Assembly: GCA_964230645.1 (NCBI GenBank)
Contig: CAXRHT010000002.1
Span: 896,001-960,000, forward strand
Length of the DNA stretch: 64,000 bases
Reading direction: 5' to 3'
From: Bdellovibrionales bacterium
Lineage (GTDB): Bacteria; Bdellovibrionota; Bdellovibrionia; Bdellovibrionales; JAGQZY01
Made by a program: the position numbers and the translations under genes. Positions 1-8,704 of the stretch are shown piece by piece. A model generated the notes under the pieces. The model did no database searches and was not told the DNA's origin. It was given only the letters and a program-made list of their open reading frames with translations. Within the stretch, counting starts at the first letter, position 1. Every line of letters starts with the position of its first letter.

Positions 1-575
1 GCAAAAGGCTCTGGGTCCATAAAGTCGCTAAAAAGAAAAACGGTTCCTCGTTTTTTCAAAACACCGGAGAGGTACTCAACGACCGAGGAAATATTGGTGC
101 GCTTGCTTTTAGGCTCATGGTAGTAAAGGTCGCGAAGAATTCTTTGAATGTGTCCACGTCCCTTTTTGGGAGGCACAAAATGCTCCACTTGATCAGAAAA
201 AAGTAAGAGACCTACATTGTCACTGTTTTTTGAAGCACTAAAACCAAGAAGAGCGGAAAGATGGGTTAACACTTCACCTTTAAAGTAATCTTCAGAACCA
301 AAGTGAACCGAGCCACTCACATCCACTGCAAGAATAAGAGTAAGCTCACGCTCCTCCTCATACTTCTTGATATATGTGTTCCCCGTGCGCGCTGTTAAAT
401 TCCACGAAATGGATCGAACATCATCACCGGGCACATACTCTCTGAAATCAGAAAAAGTCATACCCTGACCTTTAAAAGCCGAGTGGTAAGCTCCAGCGAA
501 TGTGGAGTTCACCAGCTTTTTCGTACTGATCTCAAGCAGTTTAATTTTTTTTAGAACCTCAGCTGGTATGGACAA
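1..575 (-). CDS. DUF58 domain-containing protein (vWA-associated MoxR partner), runs off the left edge
   Basis: Manual translation from TTG at 575 (RBS GGAG upstream): SIPAEVLKKIKLLEISTKKLVNSTFAGAYHSAFKGQGMTFSDFREYVPGDDVRSISWNLTARTG...LAVDVSGS, the typical DUF58 motif. Directly downstream of MoxR. Confidence 0.9.
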   Translation of the reverse strand, partial: MSIPAEVLKKIKLLEISTKKLVNSTFAGAYHSAFKGQGMTFSDFREYVPGDDVRSISWNLTARTGNTYIKKYEEERELTLILAVDVSGSVHFGSEDYFKGEVLTHLSALLGFSASKNSDNVGLLLFSDQVEHFVPPKKGRGHIQRILRDLYYHEPKSKRTNISSVVEYLSGVLKKRGTVFLFSDFMDPEPF

Positions 576-593
576 CAATCACTCCATTTGTTT

Positions 594-1583
594 TTAAGGC
601 ACTTCAATTTCATTGAGCATGTCTTTAATGACCATATCACTGACCACTTCTTCGGCTTCCGCTTCAAAAGTAAGAATAAGACGGTGGCGTAAAACATTAT
701 AAGCCACAGCCTTTACATCTTCAGCAGTCACATAACCGCGCCCACGAATAAAGGCGTGAGCTTTTGACGCTCTCATCAGACTGATCGTTGCACGAGGAGA
801 GCCTCCCACTTGGATCATATTGTCCAACTGCCCCAAGCCATATTCACTGGGGTTTCGGGTGGCCATTACTAAATCAACGATATAAGTTTTGATATTTTCA
901 TCCACATAGATTTTATCTGTCATCTCACGAGCACGTAGAAGATTCTCTTTACTGATCACCGCTTTGACCTCAGGGGTGTTGTCTGTCGCCATACGGTTCA
1001 TGATCTCAAGCTCTTCTCCCTTAGAGGGGTACTCCACAAGAACCTTAAACATAAAACGATCCATCTGAGCTTCTGGCAATGGATAAGTCCCTTCTTGCTC
1101 AAGCGGGTTTTGAGTGGCGAGAACCAAAAATGGTTTTTCCAAACGATAAGAAGTGTCTCCAATGGTCACTTGTTTTTCTGCCATGGACTCAAGCAAGGCA
1201 CTCTGCACTTTTGCGGGCGCTCGGTTGATCTCATCGGCCAAAAGAATATTTGTAAATATGGGTCCTTTTTTTGGGGAGAACTCACCCGACTTAGGATTAA
1301 AGATCATGGTTCCGATCAAATCCGATGGCAAAAGGTCTGGCGTGAACTGCACTCTTTGAAAATGCAAAGAGATCGCTTGCGACACCGACGAGATGGTTAA
1401 AGTTTTTGCCAGTCCCGGAACTCCTTCAAGAAGAACATGGCCACCAGTGAGAAGGCCCATGACGATGGCTTCCACCATCTCCTTTTGTCCCACAACCACT
1501 TGGCTCACTTCTTGGAGCATTTGCTCAACGAACGCGCTTTCTTTTTTTACTGCGGCATTGAGCGCCATTACATCAACATCCAC
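594..1583 (-). CDS. moxR: MoxR family AAA+ ATPase
   Basis: Walker A GVPGLAKT, RVQFTPDLLPSD, LADEINRAPAKVQSALLE, ATQNPLEQEGTYPLPEAQMDRF. Confidence 0.95.
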   Translation of the reverse strand: MDVDVMALNAAVKKESAFVEQMLQEVSQVVVGQKEMVEAIVMGLLTGGHVLLEGVPGLAKTLTISSVSQAISLHFQRVQFTPDLLPSDLIGTMIFNPKSGEFSPKKGPIFTNILLADEINRAPAKVQSALLESMAEKQVTIGDTSYRLEKPFLVLATQNPLEQEGTYPLPEAQMDRFMFKVLVEYPSKGEELEIMNRMATDNTPEVKAVISKENLLRAREMTDKIYVDENIKTYIVDLVMATRNPSEYGLGQLDNMIQVGGSPRATISLMRASKAHAFIRGRGYVTAEDVKAVAYNVLRHRLILTFEAEAEEVVSDMVIKDMLNEIEVP

Positions 1584-1741
1584 GTGCTACCCCCTATATT
1601 ATAGACAGACCCTATTATTGTTGTAACGGAAGGGCTCTTAATCAATCATTTTAAGCCTTTGTGCCCCGCAAAAGTCTCTGATTTGCAGGATTGACAGCCC
1701 CATTCGCGCCCCCTACCTTCTTTAGTCTGTTAGAGTAAACT

Positions 1742-2008
1742 TTGACTAAGGAGACCCCCTTGGAACAACAGCTTGAAGCCTCACTATCCACACTATTTCT
1801 TTCCGTTGCCTCATCAGCCGCCATGAGCCTAGGTATGGCGCCCGATCCTGCCACTGGAGAAACAAAAGTGGATAAAAAAATGGCAAAATTTAATATTGAT
1901 TTATTAGAAGTCCTCAAAGAAAAAACTCAGAACAATCGCACTGAGGAAGAGGATAAGCTGATCAGCCAGTTGATTTCTGACTTAAAAATGAAATATGTGA
2001 GTGCATGA
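1742..2008 (+). CDS. DUF1844 domain protein
   Basis: SLGMAPDPATGETKVD...AKFNIDLLEVLKEKTQNNRTEEE pattern; overlaps the degP start. Confidence 0.8.
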   Translation: MTKETPLEQQLEASLSTLFLSVASSAAMSLGMAPDPATGETKVDKKMAKFNIDLLEVLKEKTQNNRTEEEDKLISQLISDLKMKYVSA

Positions 2009-3480
2009 AAAAACGAATACTTCTGCTTTGCTTACTTTTCATTCAATCAACCGCCCTTAGTAAAGGGCCTATGGATGAGGCTAAGCTCAGCGCTCCCCTC
2101 CCCGCAAATCTATGGATAGAAATGTCCAAAATGGCGCAACCCGCTGTGGTGGGCGTTTTTTTGGATATTGATATCAAGCGCACTCATATGAGGCGTGATC
2201 CGCTTTTTGAATTCTTAGAAGAGTTTTACGGCGGAAGCTTAGAGTTTGAAGACCCAAGAGAGCAACAGGAAGAAGAAGAGTCCTCTCCCATTGGCACTGG
2301 CTTTATTATTGATGATAAAGGACACGTAGTCTCAAACTATCATGTGGTGGAAGCCGTTGATGACAAACGTATCAACGCGACCCTACAAGTGCAGATCCAA
2401 GGGTATAACAAACTCTTTGATGTCGAAGTCATTGGACGAGACCCCAGAGGAGACCTCGCCCTTTTAAAAGTTAAAAAACCACCCAAAAATTTAAAACATC
2501 TTAAATTTGGCAACAGTGACGAGTTGCAGGTGGGTGAGTATGTGGCAGCCTTTGGAAACCCTTTCGGGCATAGCAATTCAATGACTGTTGGAATTGTCTC
2601 AGCAAAAGGTCGCAGCCTGAAAGAGCTCAACCGCTTTCCCTTTATTCAAACCGACGCTAGTATTAATCCCGGAAATTCCGGTGGCCCCCTCCTAAACACC
2701 GAAGGCTATGTCATAGGGGTGAACACCGCCATTGACGCCAGAGCTCAGGGTATTGGTTTTGCGATCCCCTCAAACTACGCCAAAAAAATTATTAGAACTC
2801 TTAAGAGTGGTGAAACGATTAAGCGCGGCTTCTTAGGAGTGGAACTCGGGCAACTTAACCCGAGAGCCGCTAGGCAGTTTGGCCTCAGCCGAGGAGGGAT
2901 TGTTGTGGGAGGTGTCGAGCCTGGATATCCCGCCGCTCAAGCGGGGCTTCAAAAAAACGATATTATCTATGAGTTCAATGGCGCAAAAGTCGACGAAGTG
3001 GGAAGCTTTATAAATTTAGTTAAAGACACTGAGCCTGGAACCACAGTTCCCATAAAGGTTTTGCGCCCCACCGCTTCAAGTTTTCGAGAGATGACTTTTA
3101 AGGTGACCCTTGCAAGCTTCCCCGGACAGACTCGAATTCCTAAGCTTGAAAGACAAAGCAGTAAAGCTCCTAAACCTAAAAAATACATTGGCCAACAAGT
3201 GCCTCATGATCTTGGTTTTGCTGTGACCAATAGTTCAAGTGGTGCCAGAAGGCATTTTGATATTCCCATCCGCTTTCCTTTTGGACCCATCGTCTCTGAG
3301 GTTATCCCAGGCAGCCCCGCCGATCGCGGCGGAATTCGCGTGGGCATGGTCGTACTGCGCGTGAATGGAAAGGGCATGAATAAGAATTCCGAGGTCGTAA
3401 AGGCCATAAAAAACGGAATCAACCGCATCTGGGTGCATACTGAGCGCGGAGAAAAGAAGATCTCTCTAAAGCCTGAGTGA
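2005..3480 (+). CDS. degP: Do/DegP (HtrA) family serine protease with two PDZ domains
   Basis: Signal peptide; GTGFII...SNYHVV, DLALLK, IQTDASINPGNSGGPL; two PDZ-like C-terminal segments. Confidence 0.9.
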   Translation: MKKRILLLCLLFIQSTALSKGPMDEAKLSAPLPANLWIEMSKMAQPAVVGVFLDIDIKRTHMRRDPLFEFLEEFYGGSLEFEDPREQQEEEESSPIGTGFIIDDKGHVVSNYHVVEAVDDKRINATLQVQIQGYNKLFDVEVIGRDPRGDLALLKVKKPPKNLKHLKFGNSDELQVGEYVAAFGNPFGHSNSMTVGIVSAKGRSLKELNRFPFIQTDASINPGNSGGPLLNTEGYVIGVNTAIDARAQGIGFAIPSNYAKKIIRTLKSGETIKRGFLGVELGQLNPRAARQFGLSRGGIVVGGVEPGYPAAQAGLQKNDIIYEFNGAKVDEVGSFINLVKDTEPGTTVPIKVLRPTASSFREMTFKVTLASFPGQTRIPKLERQSSKAPKPKKYIGQQVPHDLGFAVTNSSSGARRHFDIPIRFPFGPIVSEVIPGSPADRGGIRVGMVVLRVNGKGMNKNSEVVKAIKNGINRIWVHTERGEKKISLKPE

Positions 3481-3688
3481 TCAAGCCTGAAACAATCTGT
3501 TCCTTTTTAGCCACAAGACGCCTCATAAACCGAACCCACTGATATCTGAGGTTTAGAGCTCTAACCCACTTTTTTTCGCTCAAAGTGTATTAAGTTGAGA
3601 CTGACTATCACTTTAGTCTAGGTTTAGCGATATACTGGGAGGACGATTACTAGTCTTTCGAGATTTGAACGACACCAAGGAGCTCACC

Positions 3689-3994
3689 ATGAATATGGAA
3701 TTAACGGAAATAAAAGTATTTCCCGTCAATGAGGAGAGGCTTAAAGCCTACGTAACAATCACCCTAAATGACTGTTTCGTTATCCGGGACCTAAAAATCA
3801 TCCAAGGTCACAGTGGTCTATTTGTGGCCATGCCCAGCAAAAAAAGAAAGGACGGACAATTCCGTGACATCGCCCACCCTCTCAACCAGGACACTAGAGA
3901 AGAGGTGGAAAAGTTGATTTTCAAAGCCTATGAGGATGAACTCAAAGGAATTGGGAACTCCTTGGGCGAAGTGTCTAAGAAACTTAATTCATAA
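3689..3994 (+). CDS. spoVG: SpoVG family nucleic-acid-binding regulator
   Basis: LKAYVTITLNDCFVIRDLKIIQGHSGLFVAMPSKKRKDGQFRDIAHPLN; start moved to ATG 3689 behind RBS AAGGAG. Confidence 0.93.
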   Translation: MNMELTEIKVFPVNEERLKAYVTITLNDCFVIRDLKIIQGHSGLFVAMPSKKRKDGQFRDIAHPLNQDTREEVEKLIFKAYEDELKGIGNSLGEVSKKLNS

Positions 3995-4056
3995 ATTTAC
4001 AAAACCAAGATTTTTGATTAGAAATTATGCAATTCGGGGCCCCTGCTCCGGCTTTG

Positions 4057-4090
4057 GCGGACTCTGAACTTTCAGAGACCGCTTTTTTTT
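4057..4090 (+). terminator. Intrinsic terminator after spoVG
   Basis: GCGG-A-CTCTGAA/CT/TTCAGAG-A-CCGC hairpin followed by T8. Confidence 0.75.
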
Positions 4091-4092
4091 GC

Positions 4093-4121
4093 TTGAAAAT
4101 CCCCGCACTTATCGTTAACTT
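4093..4121 (+). promoter_or_regulatory. sigma70-type promoter for tRNA-Gln
   Basis: TTGAAA-N17-TAACTT, ending about 19 nt before the tRNA. Confidence 0.6.
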
Positions 4122-4139
4122 GATTCCTCATTTTTCGAT

Positions 4140-4215
4140 TGGGGTATCGCCAAGTTGGTAAGGCACTAGATTTTGATTCTAGTATTCGCAGGTTCGAGTC
4201 CTGCTACCCCATCCA
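4140..4215 (+). tRNA. tRNA-Gln (anticodon TTG)
   Basis: Acceptor TGGGGTA/TACCCCA, D arm GCCAAGTTGGTAAGGC, anticodon stem CTAGA/TCTAG with loop TT-TTG-AT, T arm GCAGG-TTCGAGT-CCTGC, encoded CCA. Confidence 0.97.
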
Positions 4216-4233
4216 CTTCCCTCTTTTTTTATT

Positions 4234-4259
4234 GTCATCCTGAGCGAAGCGAAGGATCT
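4234..4259. repeat. REP-like palindrome arm
   Basis: GTCATCCTGAGCGAAGCGAAGGATCT; related copies at 6044, 30046-30206 and 45291-45659. Confidence 0.75.
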
Positions 4260-4400
4260 ATACCGGAACTCGTCGCTTGTAATGTTGGCCGGATGCTTCG
4301 GCGGGATACCAAACTTCTGAACTCCGATCTCAGATCTCCGATAGAAATCATTCCATTGGCTTGGCGTTGATTTCTCTTGGTTAAATGAATAAAAAGAGCC

Positions 4401-4799
4401 ATGCACTATTATTCAGAGTTCTCACAGAGTATCCAGGATTTTAGAAATTTAACCTTTTATTTATTCTTGATCCTACCTGTGATCTTACTGGCCTTATTTC
4501 ACGCGGGTAAGCTAAAAAAATATCAAGTTGTGCTTGGACAAGCCATCGTTGGCTACCTTCTGGTGCTTGCACGGTGGGCTCTTCGACTTTACGCCGATCA
4601 ACACGATCTTAATTATGTGAAAATAAACCAAATACAAATTTCCGCAGAATACAGGAGAATTATCACCACCGACGGGGCTTACAATGTTTTCTCCGTATTT
4701 TTAGGTTGGGCTCAAGCTATTATTTATTTTTTACCATTTGCGTTTGTTTATTGGCTTTTCGGTCAGATGGGTCGGAAGATCAAACAAGTCCTTTTGTGA
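4401..4799 (+). CDS. Hypothetical membrane protein (about 3 TM)
   Basis: 132-aa ORF with three hydrophobic stretches; no recognised motif. Confidence 0.6.
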   Translation: MHYYSEFSQSIQDFRNLTFYLFLILPVILLALFHAGKLKKYQVVLGQAIVGYLLVLARWALRLYADQHDLNYVKINQIQISAEYRRIITTDGAYNVFSVFLGWAQAIIYFLPFAFVYWLFGQMGRKIKQVLL

Positions 4800-4852
4800 G
4801 GTATTCGTAAATATAAGCGACGTTTATTTTAGATTTAGTGGAGGCAACATTA

Positions 4853-5425
4853 TTACACGACCTCAACCGTCGTCGCATTAGGAGGGAGCTTTGGATCTGG
4901 AGCGATATTATCGGTCTTAAAAATTTTTAGAAAAGTCCACTCCCCGCCATCACCGTCTGGGTTAAACTCTAAACAAGTCTCTATTTCAACAAATCCTTTA
5001 TTTAGTATTTCGATCTTACTCAAAGTTGGAACATCTAAGTTTTCAGTATCAGAATAAAAACCGATCTTTTTCTCTCTCCCTGCACTCATTAAAATTTCTT
5101 TTTCGCTTTTAGCTACAATGTATAGCCTGACAGATCCATAAGCACCTACGGCTTCCATGGCCGACAGTAATAGAATATCCTTAGTGATTTTGTAAAATTG
5201 ATTGCGGTTTCCTAAAACAAAGAAAGAGCGTCTACCCTGAGATATCAGTGTAATTCCGTCCGGAAGGTTTTTCTGTGGAAATGCACCATGTGAATGAATG
5301 AAACAGACATAATCGGGCAAAACTGTTTTCAAATACTGATCGAATTCCGTTATCCACTTGTCGAGGGCTTCGGACTCAATATTCTCAATTGATATTTTCT
5401 GCACTTTTATTTTTGTCGTTTCCAT
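4853..5425 (-). CDS. Hypothetical protein
   Basis: 190-aa ORF with ATG start in AT-rich sequence; no recognised motif. Confidence 0.6.
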   Translation of the reverse strand: METTKIKVQKISIENIESEALDKWITEFDQYLKTVLPDYVCFIHSHGAFPQKNLPDGITLISQGRRSFFVLGNRNQFYKITKDILLLSAMEAVGAYGSVRLYIVAKSEKEILMSAGREKKIGFYSDTENLDVPTLSKIEILNKGFVEIETCLEFNPDGDGGEWTFLKIFKTDNIAPDPKLPPNATTVEVV

Positions 5426-5447
5426 ATTTCGCTCTGTTTACTGTGAG

Positions 5448-5720
5448 CTACTTTAAATGCCTCAGGTTATCCTTCTTGCCCTTTCTATAAGTGCCGTAAG
5501 CCATTACCAGACAAAGAACTGAGGCCAGAGAGGCTCTAATTAAATAAAGATCAAAAGTCGATTCAAAGTAGTTTGAAAATTCCCCGAATTCCTCTTGATG
5601 ATTCGAGAATAGATAATAGGAAGCAGAGTGGGTGGCTAGCAATATAAGGTTGAGAAAAAATGCTAAAAACAAGCCCCCTCTTAGACATTTTTTTAATTCA
5701 TCTCGGTCTGAATAGTACAC
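5448..5720 (-). CDS. Hypothetical small membrane protein (2 TM)
   Basis: GTG start behind AAGGA; two hydrophobic helices. Confidence 0.55.
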   Translation of the reverse strand: MYYSDRDELKKCLRGGLFLAFFLNLILLATHSASYYLFSNHQEEFGEFSNYFESTFDLYLIRASLASVLCLVMAYGTYRKGKKDNLRHLK

Positions 5721-5741
5721 GTTTAATCCTTGCCTAAATCT

Positions 5742-5768
5742 TCATCGGCCTCAGGGTAGATTTTTTCA
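5742..5768 (-). promoter_or_regulatory. Putative sigma28 (FliA)-type promoter
   Basis: Minus strand TGAA-N15-GCCGATGA versus consensus TAAA-N15-GCCGATAA, about 20 nt before the 5720 start. Confidence 0.55.
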
Positions 5769-6043
5769 ACCTCATCAAAGCCTTTTGGTTAAAAATTTTG
5801 TTTTCAGCGATCCTTCCCAAGCCTCGCTTAATCTATAACATTCCTTTACCGGAAAATGTTTGAAAAGTTCTCGTTCCAAGGTAACAGAGAGTGTCATCGT
5901 CGATAAGTAGCACGAGGACTGCAAGTCCAGTCCCTTAACGATACCTGAACCCAGGTATAACTGTTTCCTCTCTATCCCGGAGCATCGTAAATGAAAAATT
6001 CAGAACTCGGAACTCAGATCCCAGACCCCCTATCTTTTAAAAA

Positions 6044-6069
6044 GTCATCCTAAGCGAAGCGAAGGTCCT
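6044..6069. repeat. Degenerate REP-like palindrome arm
   Basis: GTCATCCTAAGCGAAGCGAAGGTCCT, a near-copy of 4234-4259. Confidence 0.65.
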
Positions 6070-6193
6070 ATTGGAACTACCAAATGACTCCGACAAATTT
6101 TTGTTTCAAGAAACAATCACATTCTTTAAATATACCCTTTAGGCTATTTCCCTCAAAACCCAATACACTCTCCTTTTAACAAGGAGAATAACT

Positions 6194-6337
6194 ATGGCTA
6201 ACCAAAAACCAAAAAAGAATCATCCGCAAGTGGACCGCGACAGTGGTAAACAGACGCGTAAAGAAGTACAGAACCAAGACTCGAAACAAGACCACATCGA
6301 CAAACGTGGAGCGGGTCGGCAAAGACAAGATATGTAA
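6194..6337 (+). CDS. 47-aa hydrophilic (hydrophilin-like) small protein, not in the ORF track
   Basis: RBS AAGGAGA 6181-6187, then MANQKPKKNHPQVDRDSGKQTRKEVQNQDSKQDHIDKRGAGRQRQDM*; followed by a terminator. Confidence 0.7.
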   Translation: MANQKPKKNHPQVDRDSGKQTRKEVQNQDSKQDHIDKRGAGRQRQDM

Positions 6338-6354
6338 AAATACTTTTTCACCTG

Positions 6355-6388
6355 AGGGAGGCCAAACGAGCCTCCCTTTGTTTTTTTT
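6355..6388 (+). terminator. Intrinsic terminator
   Basis: AGGGAGGC-CAAACGA-GCCTCCCT followed by TTG-T8. Confidence 0.75.
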
Positions 6389-6404
6389 AAGAGGAGAATT
6401 GAAT

Positions 6405-6641
6405 ATGCAAAGAAAAGGTCGGCAACGGATTTATAAAAGTGAAATTCCTAAAAGTCCGGAAACTAAGAAAGAAGAAAAATCCAATGAAAAAAAAGATTCA
6501 AAAGTGAGCGAAGATGAAACCATTAGCTCATACGCTCTTGAAGATCATGACAAACCTCAATACGGTTTTAGACCAGAGAGTGAGCCAAAGAAGCGAGAGG
6601 ACCTGCAAGCGGGCACCGGCACGCAAGGACAAGTTGATTAA
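6405..6641 (+). CDS. 78-aa charged hydrophilic small protein
   Basis: RBS GAGGAG, ATG 6405 (MQRKGRQRIYKSEIPK...); likely true start of track ORF 6243..6641. Confidence 0.65.
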   Translation: MQRKGRQRIYKSEIPKSPETKKEEKSNEKKDSKVSEDETISSYALEDHDKPQYGFRPESEPKKREDLQAGTGTQGQVD

Positions 6642-6642
6642 C

Positions 6643-7365
6643 TTACTTAATTAACATCCAAAGCCCCATGGCCATCATCATAAGATTTTCTGTGAGAGAG
6701 ATAAAGCCTAAAGGCACATTACTTCCCCCACCCACACAAGCACATTTTAATTCCCGCTTATCGATATAAACGGCCTTAAAAACTGAAATCGCGCCCACGG
6801 TCCCGATAAAAAGGGAAACCGGTGCGTAAATCCAGGGAGCAATCATTGCGATCATGCCGATCCCAGCAAAGGCTTCCGCAAAAGGATAAACATAGGAGTA
6901 GTTTATCCACCTTCTTGCTAAAAGATCGTAGGTAATAAATTGATTAGAGAATGAAAACAGGTCCTGCAGCTTTTGGATGGCAAGAATACACATGCTAATA
7001 GCAATAAAAAGTTCAATGAGTCTTACACTTGGAAACGAGGTCCAAGTCCATCCTAGGGCCATTAAAAATGCCACCGAAAAAATAGCGATCACAGGTTGGT
7101 AAGTGGTCTCATCCGTTTGTTTTGGAGACTTATTAAAGTACTCTCTTAAATCGTCATAACCACCAATTCGCTTTTCTTCGATAAAAGTTTGAGGAGTGGT
7201 CTTAACCCCATACTGTTCTTTGAAACGGTCGGTTTCCTCGCGGCTTTCTAAAGGATGATCCTCCACCTTGTATCCCTCTTTTTCCAAAAGGTCTTTAGAC
7301 TTTAGGCCAAAGGGACAAATGTGGTCATCGGTTTTCATTCTGTAAAGTTTAGCGACTTTTTCCAT
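6643..7365 (-). CDS. Glutaredoxin + MauE/DoxX-type membrane domain protein
   Basis: HICPFG and TTPQTFI glutaredoxin motifs; TM region with CACVGG typical of MauE-like proteins. Confidence 0.85.
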   Translation of the reverse strand: MEKVAKLYRMKTDDHICPFGLKSKDLLEKEGYKVEDHPLESREETDRFKEQYGVKTTPQTFIEEKRIGGYDDLREYFNKSPKQTDETTYQPVIAIFSVAFLMALGWTWTSFPSVRLIELFIAISMCILAIQKLQDLFSFSNQFITYDLLARRWINYSYVYPFAEAFAGIGMIAMIAPWIYAPVSLFIGTVGAISVFKAVYIDKRELKCACVGGGSNVPLGFISLTENLMMMAMGLWMLIK

Positions 7366-7520
7366 AGCTTCGTTTTATATCAGAACCACTACCTAAAAGC
7401 TTCTAGAAAACTTAACAAATCGGCTCTCTTTTTAAGAGAATTCCACATTGTTTACACTCCCCTGGAAGGTGTTCTCGCCCTCTTTCGGGCATCCTCAGGA
7501 TTATAGTGAGGGAGGCCTTA

Positions 7521-7905
7521 ATGATTCAATACAGCTTTAACAAAAAAAAACCTGATGGAGTTTCAGGTTGGCGGCAAAATTACAGCAAAAGAATATGACG
7601 AAGTGATCAGCCAGTTCCGAGAAGACTTAGCCACCTCTTCAAAAGTCAATATTTTGGAGCGAGTCTCGGATTGGAAAGGTATTGAGCCTTTAGCCCTCTG
7701 GAAAGATATCAAGTTTGCTGTTCAAGAGTTTGGCCACGTGAACGAGAAAGTGGAAAAAGCGGCCGTTGTCGCTGATCAGAAGTGGATTGAGTCAGTTACA
7801 AACCTTCTTAATCCTTTTATCGATACAGAAGTCAAATTTTTCAAGCCCAACGAAGAGGAAAAAGCCCGTCAGTGGCTTGAGACCGTGGTGCCCGAAAATT
7901 TGTAA
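7521..7905 (+). CDS. SpoIIAA-like (STAS/SEC14) protein, N-terminus out of frame at an A9 run
   Basis: GKITAKEYD...ALWKDIKF...KAAVVADQKWI...EVKFF..EKARQWL. RBS GGAGG and ATG 7521 are in a different frame from the body (7555..7905); removing one A from 7542-7550 fuses them. Confidence 0.75.
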
Positions 7906-7983
7906 ATAAGTACAGATTCTTTGGAACATTCCTTATCTTCTCTTCGCTACAATTGAGGGGAATTAAGCTAAAGGAGTAAACAA

Positions 7984-8667
7984 ATGGCAAATAATAAGCG
8001 CTACCCCTCGTATGATGAACGTCATCCCAGAGAAGATTGGGTCTACAATCAAACCTACCCCCAGGGACAAGACCCCGCTTTTGTTGATCAGGACCACGCG
8101 GTAAAAGAGCCTCGCTTTAGCGAAAGACCTTCACACATGACTCCAGACTCCCACCCCACCCATTTTGGACAAACCCCAAGACGGACTTCAACTCATCCGC
8201 AAAATCGCGCGCATGGACGACGAGAAGAAATGGATGCTAGAGATTTACCAAGTCCTTGGCGCTACCAAACCAACCACCAGGCCTCAGAGTCTTTTCACCA
8301 GCCTCAAGAACGATTTTTCGACCAGCAAACCCATAGAGGCAAAGGCCCTAAAAATTTTCAACGCTCAGATGAGAGAATTCTTGAGGACGTCTGTGAATAT
8401 CTTGAGGATGACGGACGCATCGACGCCTCAGAGATTGAAGTCAATATTAAAAAAGGTGTGATCACTCTCAGTGGTCCTATAGAGTCTCGCCGCATGAAGA
8501 AGTTTATCGAAAACCAAGTGGATCAGTGCCGAGGGGTTCGAGATGTCCAAAATAATTTGGAAATTTTAGGACTACAAAACAAAACAGCCAAAGCCAACCG
8601 AGAGCTTTTACCAGGCTCAGGGAAGCCGAAAACCAGTTCTAAGAAGAAAAAACAAACGAAACACTAA
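7984..8667 (+). CDS. BON domain protein with disordered N-terminus
   Basis: HRGKGPKNFQRSDERILEDVCEYLEDDGRIDASEIEVNIKKGVITLSG...GVRDVQNNL. Confidence 0.9.
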   Translation: MANNKRYPSYDERHPREDWVYNQTYPQGQDPAFVDQDHAVKEPRFSERPSHMTPDSHPTHFGQTPRRTSTHPQNRAHGRREEMDARDLPSPWRYQTNHQASESFHQPQERFFDQQTHRGKGPKNFQRSDERILEDVCEYLEDDGRIDASEIEVNIKKGVITLSGPIESRRMKKFIENQVDQCRGVRDVQNNLEILGLQNKTAKANRELLPGSGKPKTSSKKKKQTKH

Positions 8668-8704
8668 TTTCGAAAAATGTGAAATCCAACATGAGGAGGA
8701 TTCA

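Noticed and set aside
4173..4406. ORFs 4173..4370 and 4179..4406
   Set aside because: They overlap the tRNA and the REP arm and are spurious.
5849..5988. 6S RNA or c-di-GMP riboswitch assignment
   Set aside because: The pairings do not nest into a 6S rod and the GEMM core motifs are absent. Kept only as an unassigned candidate.
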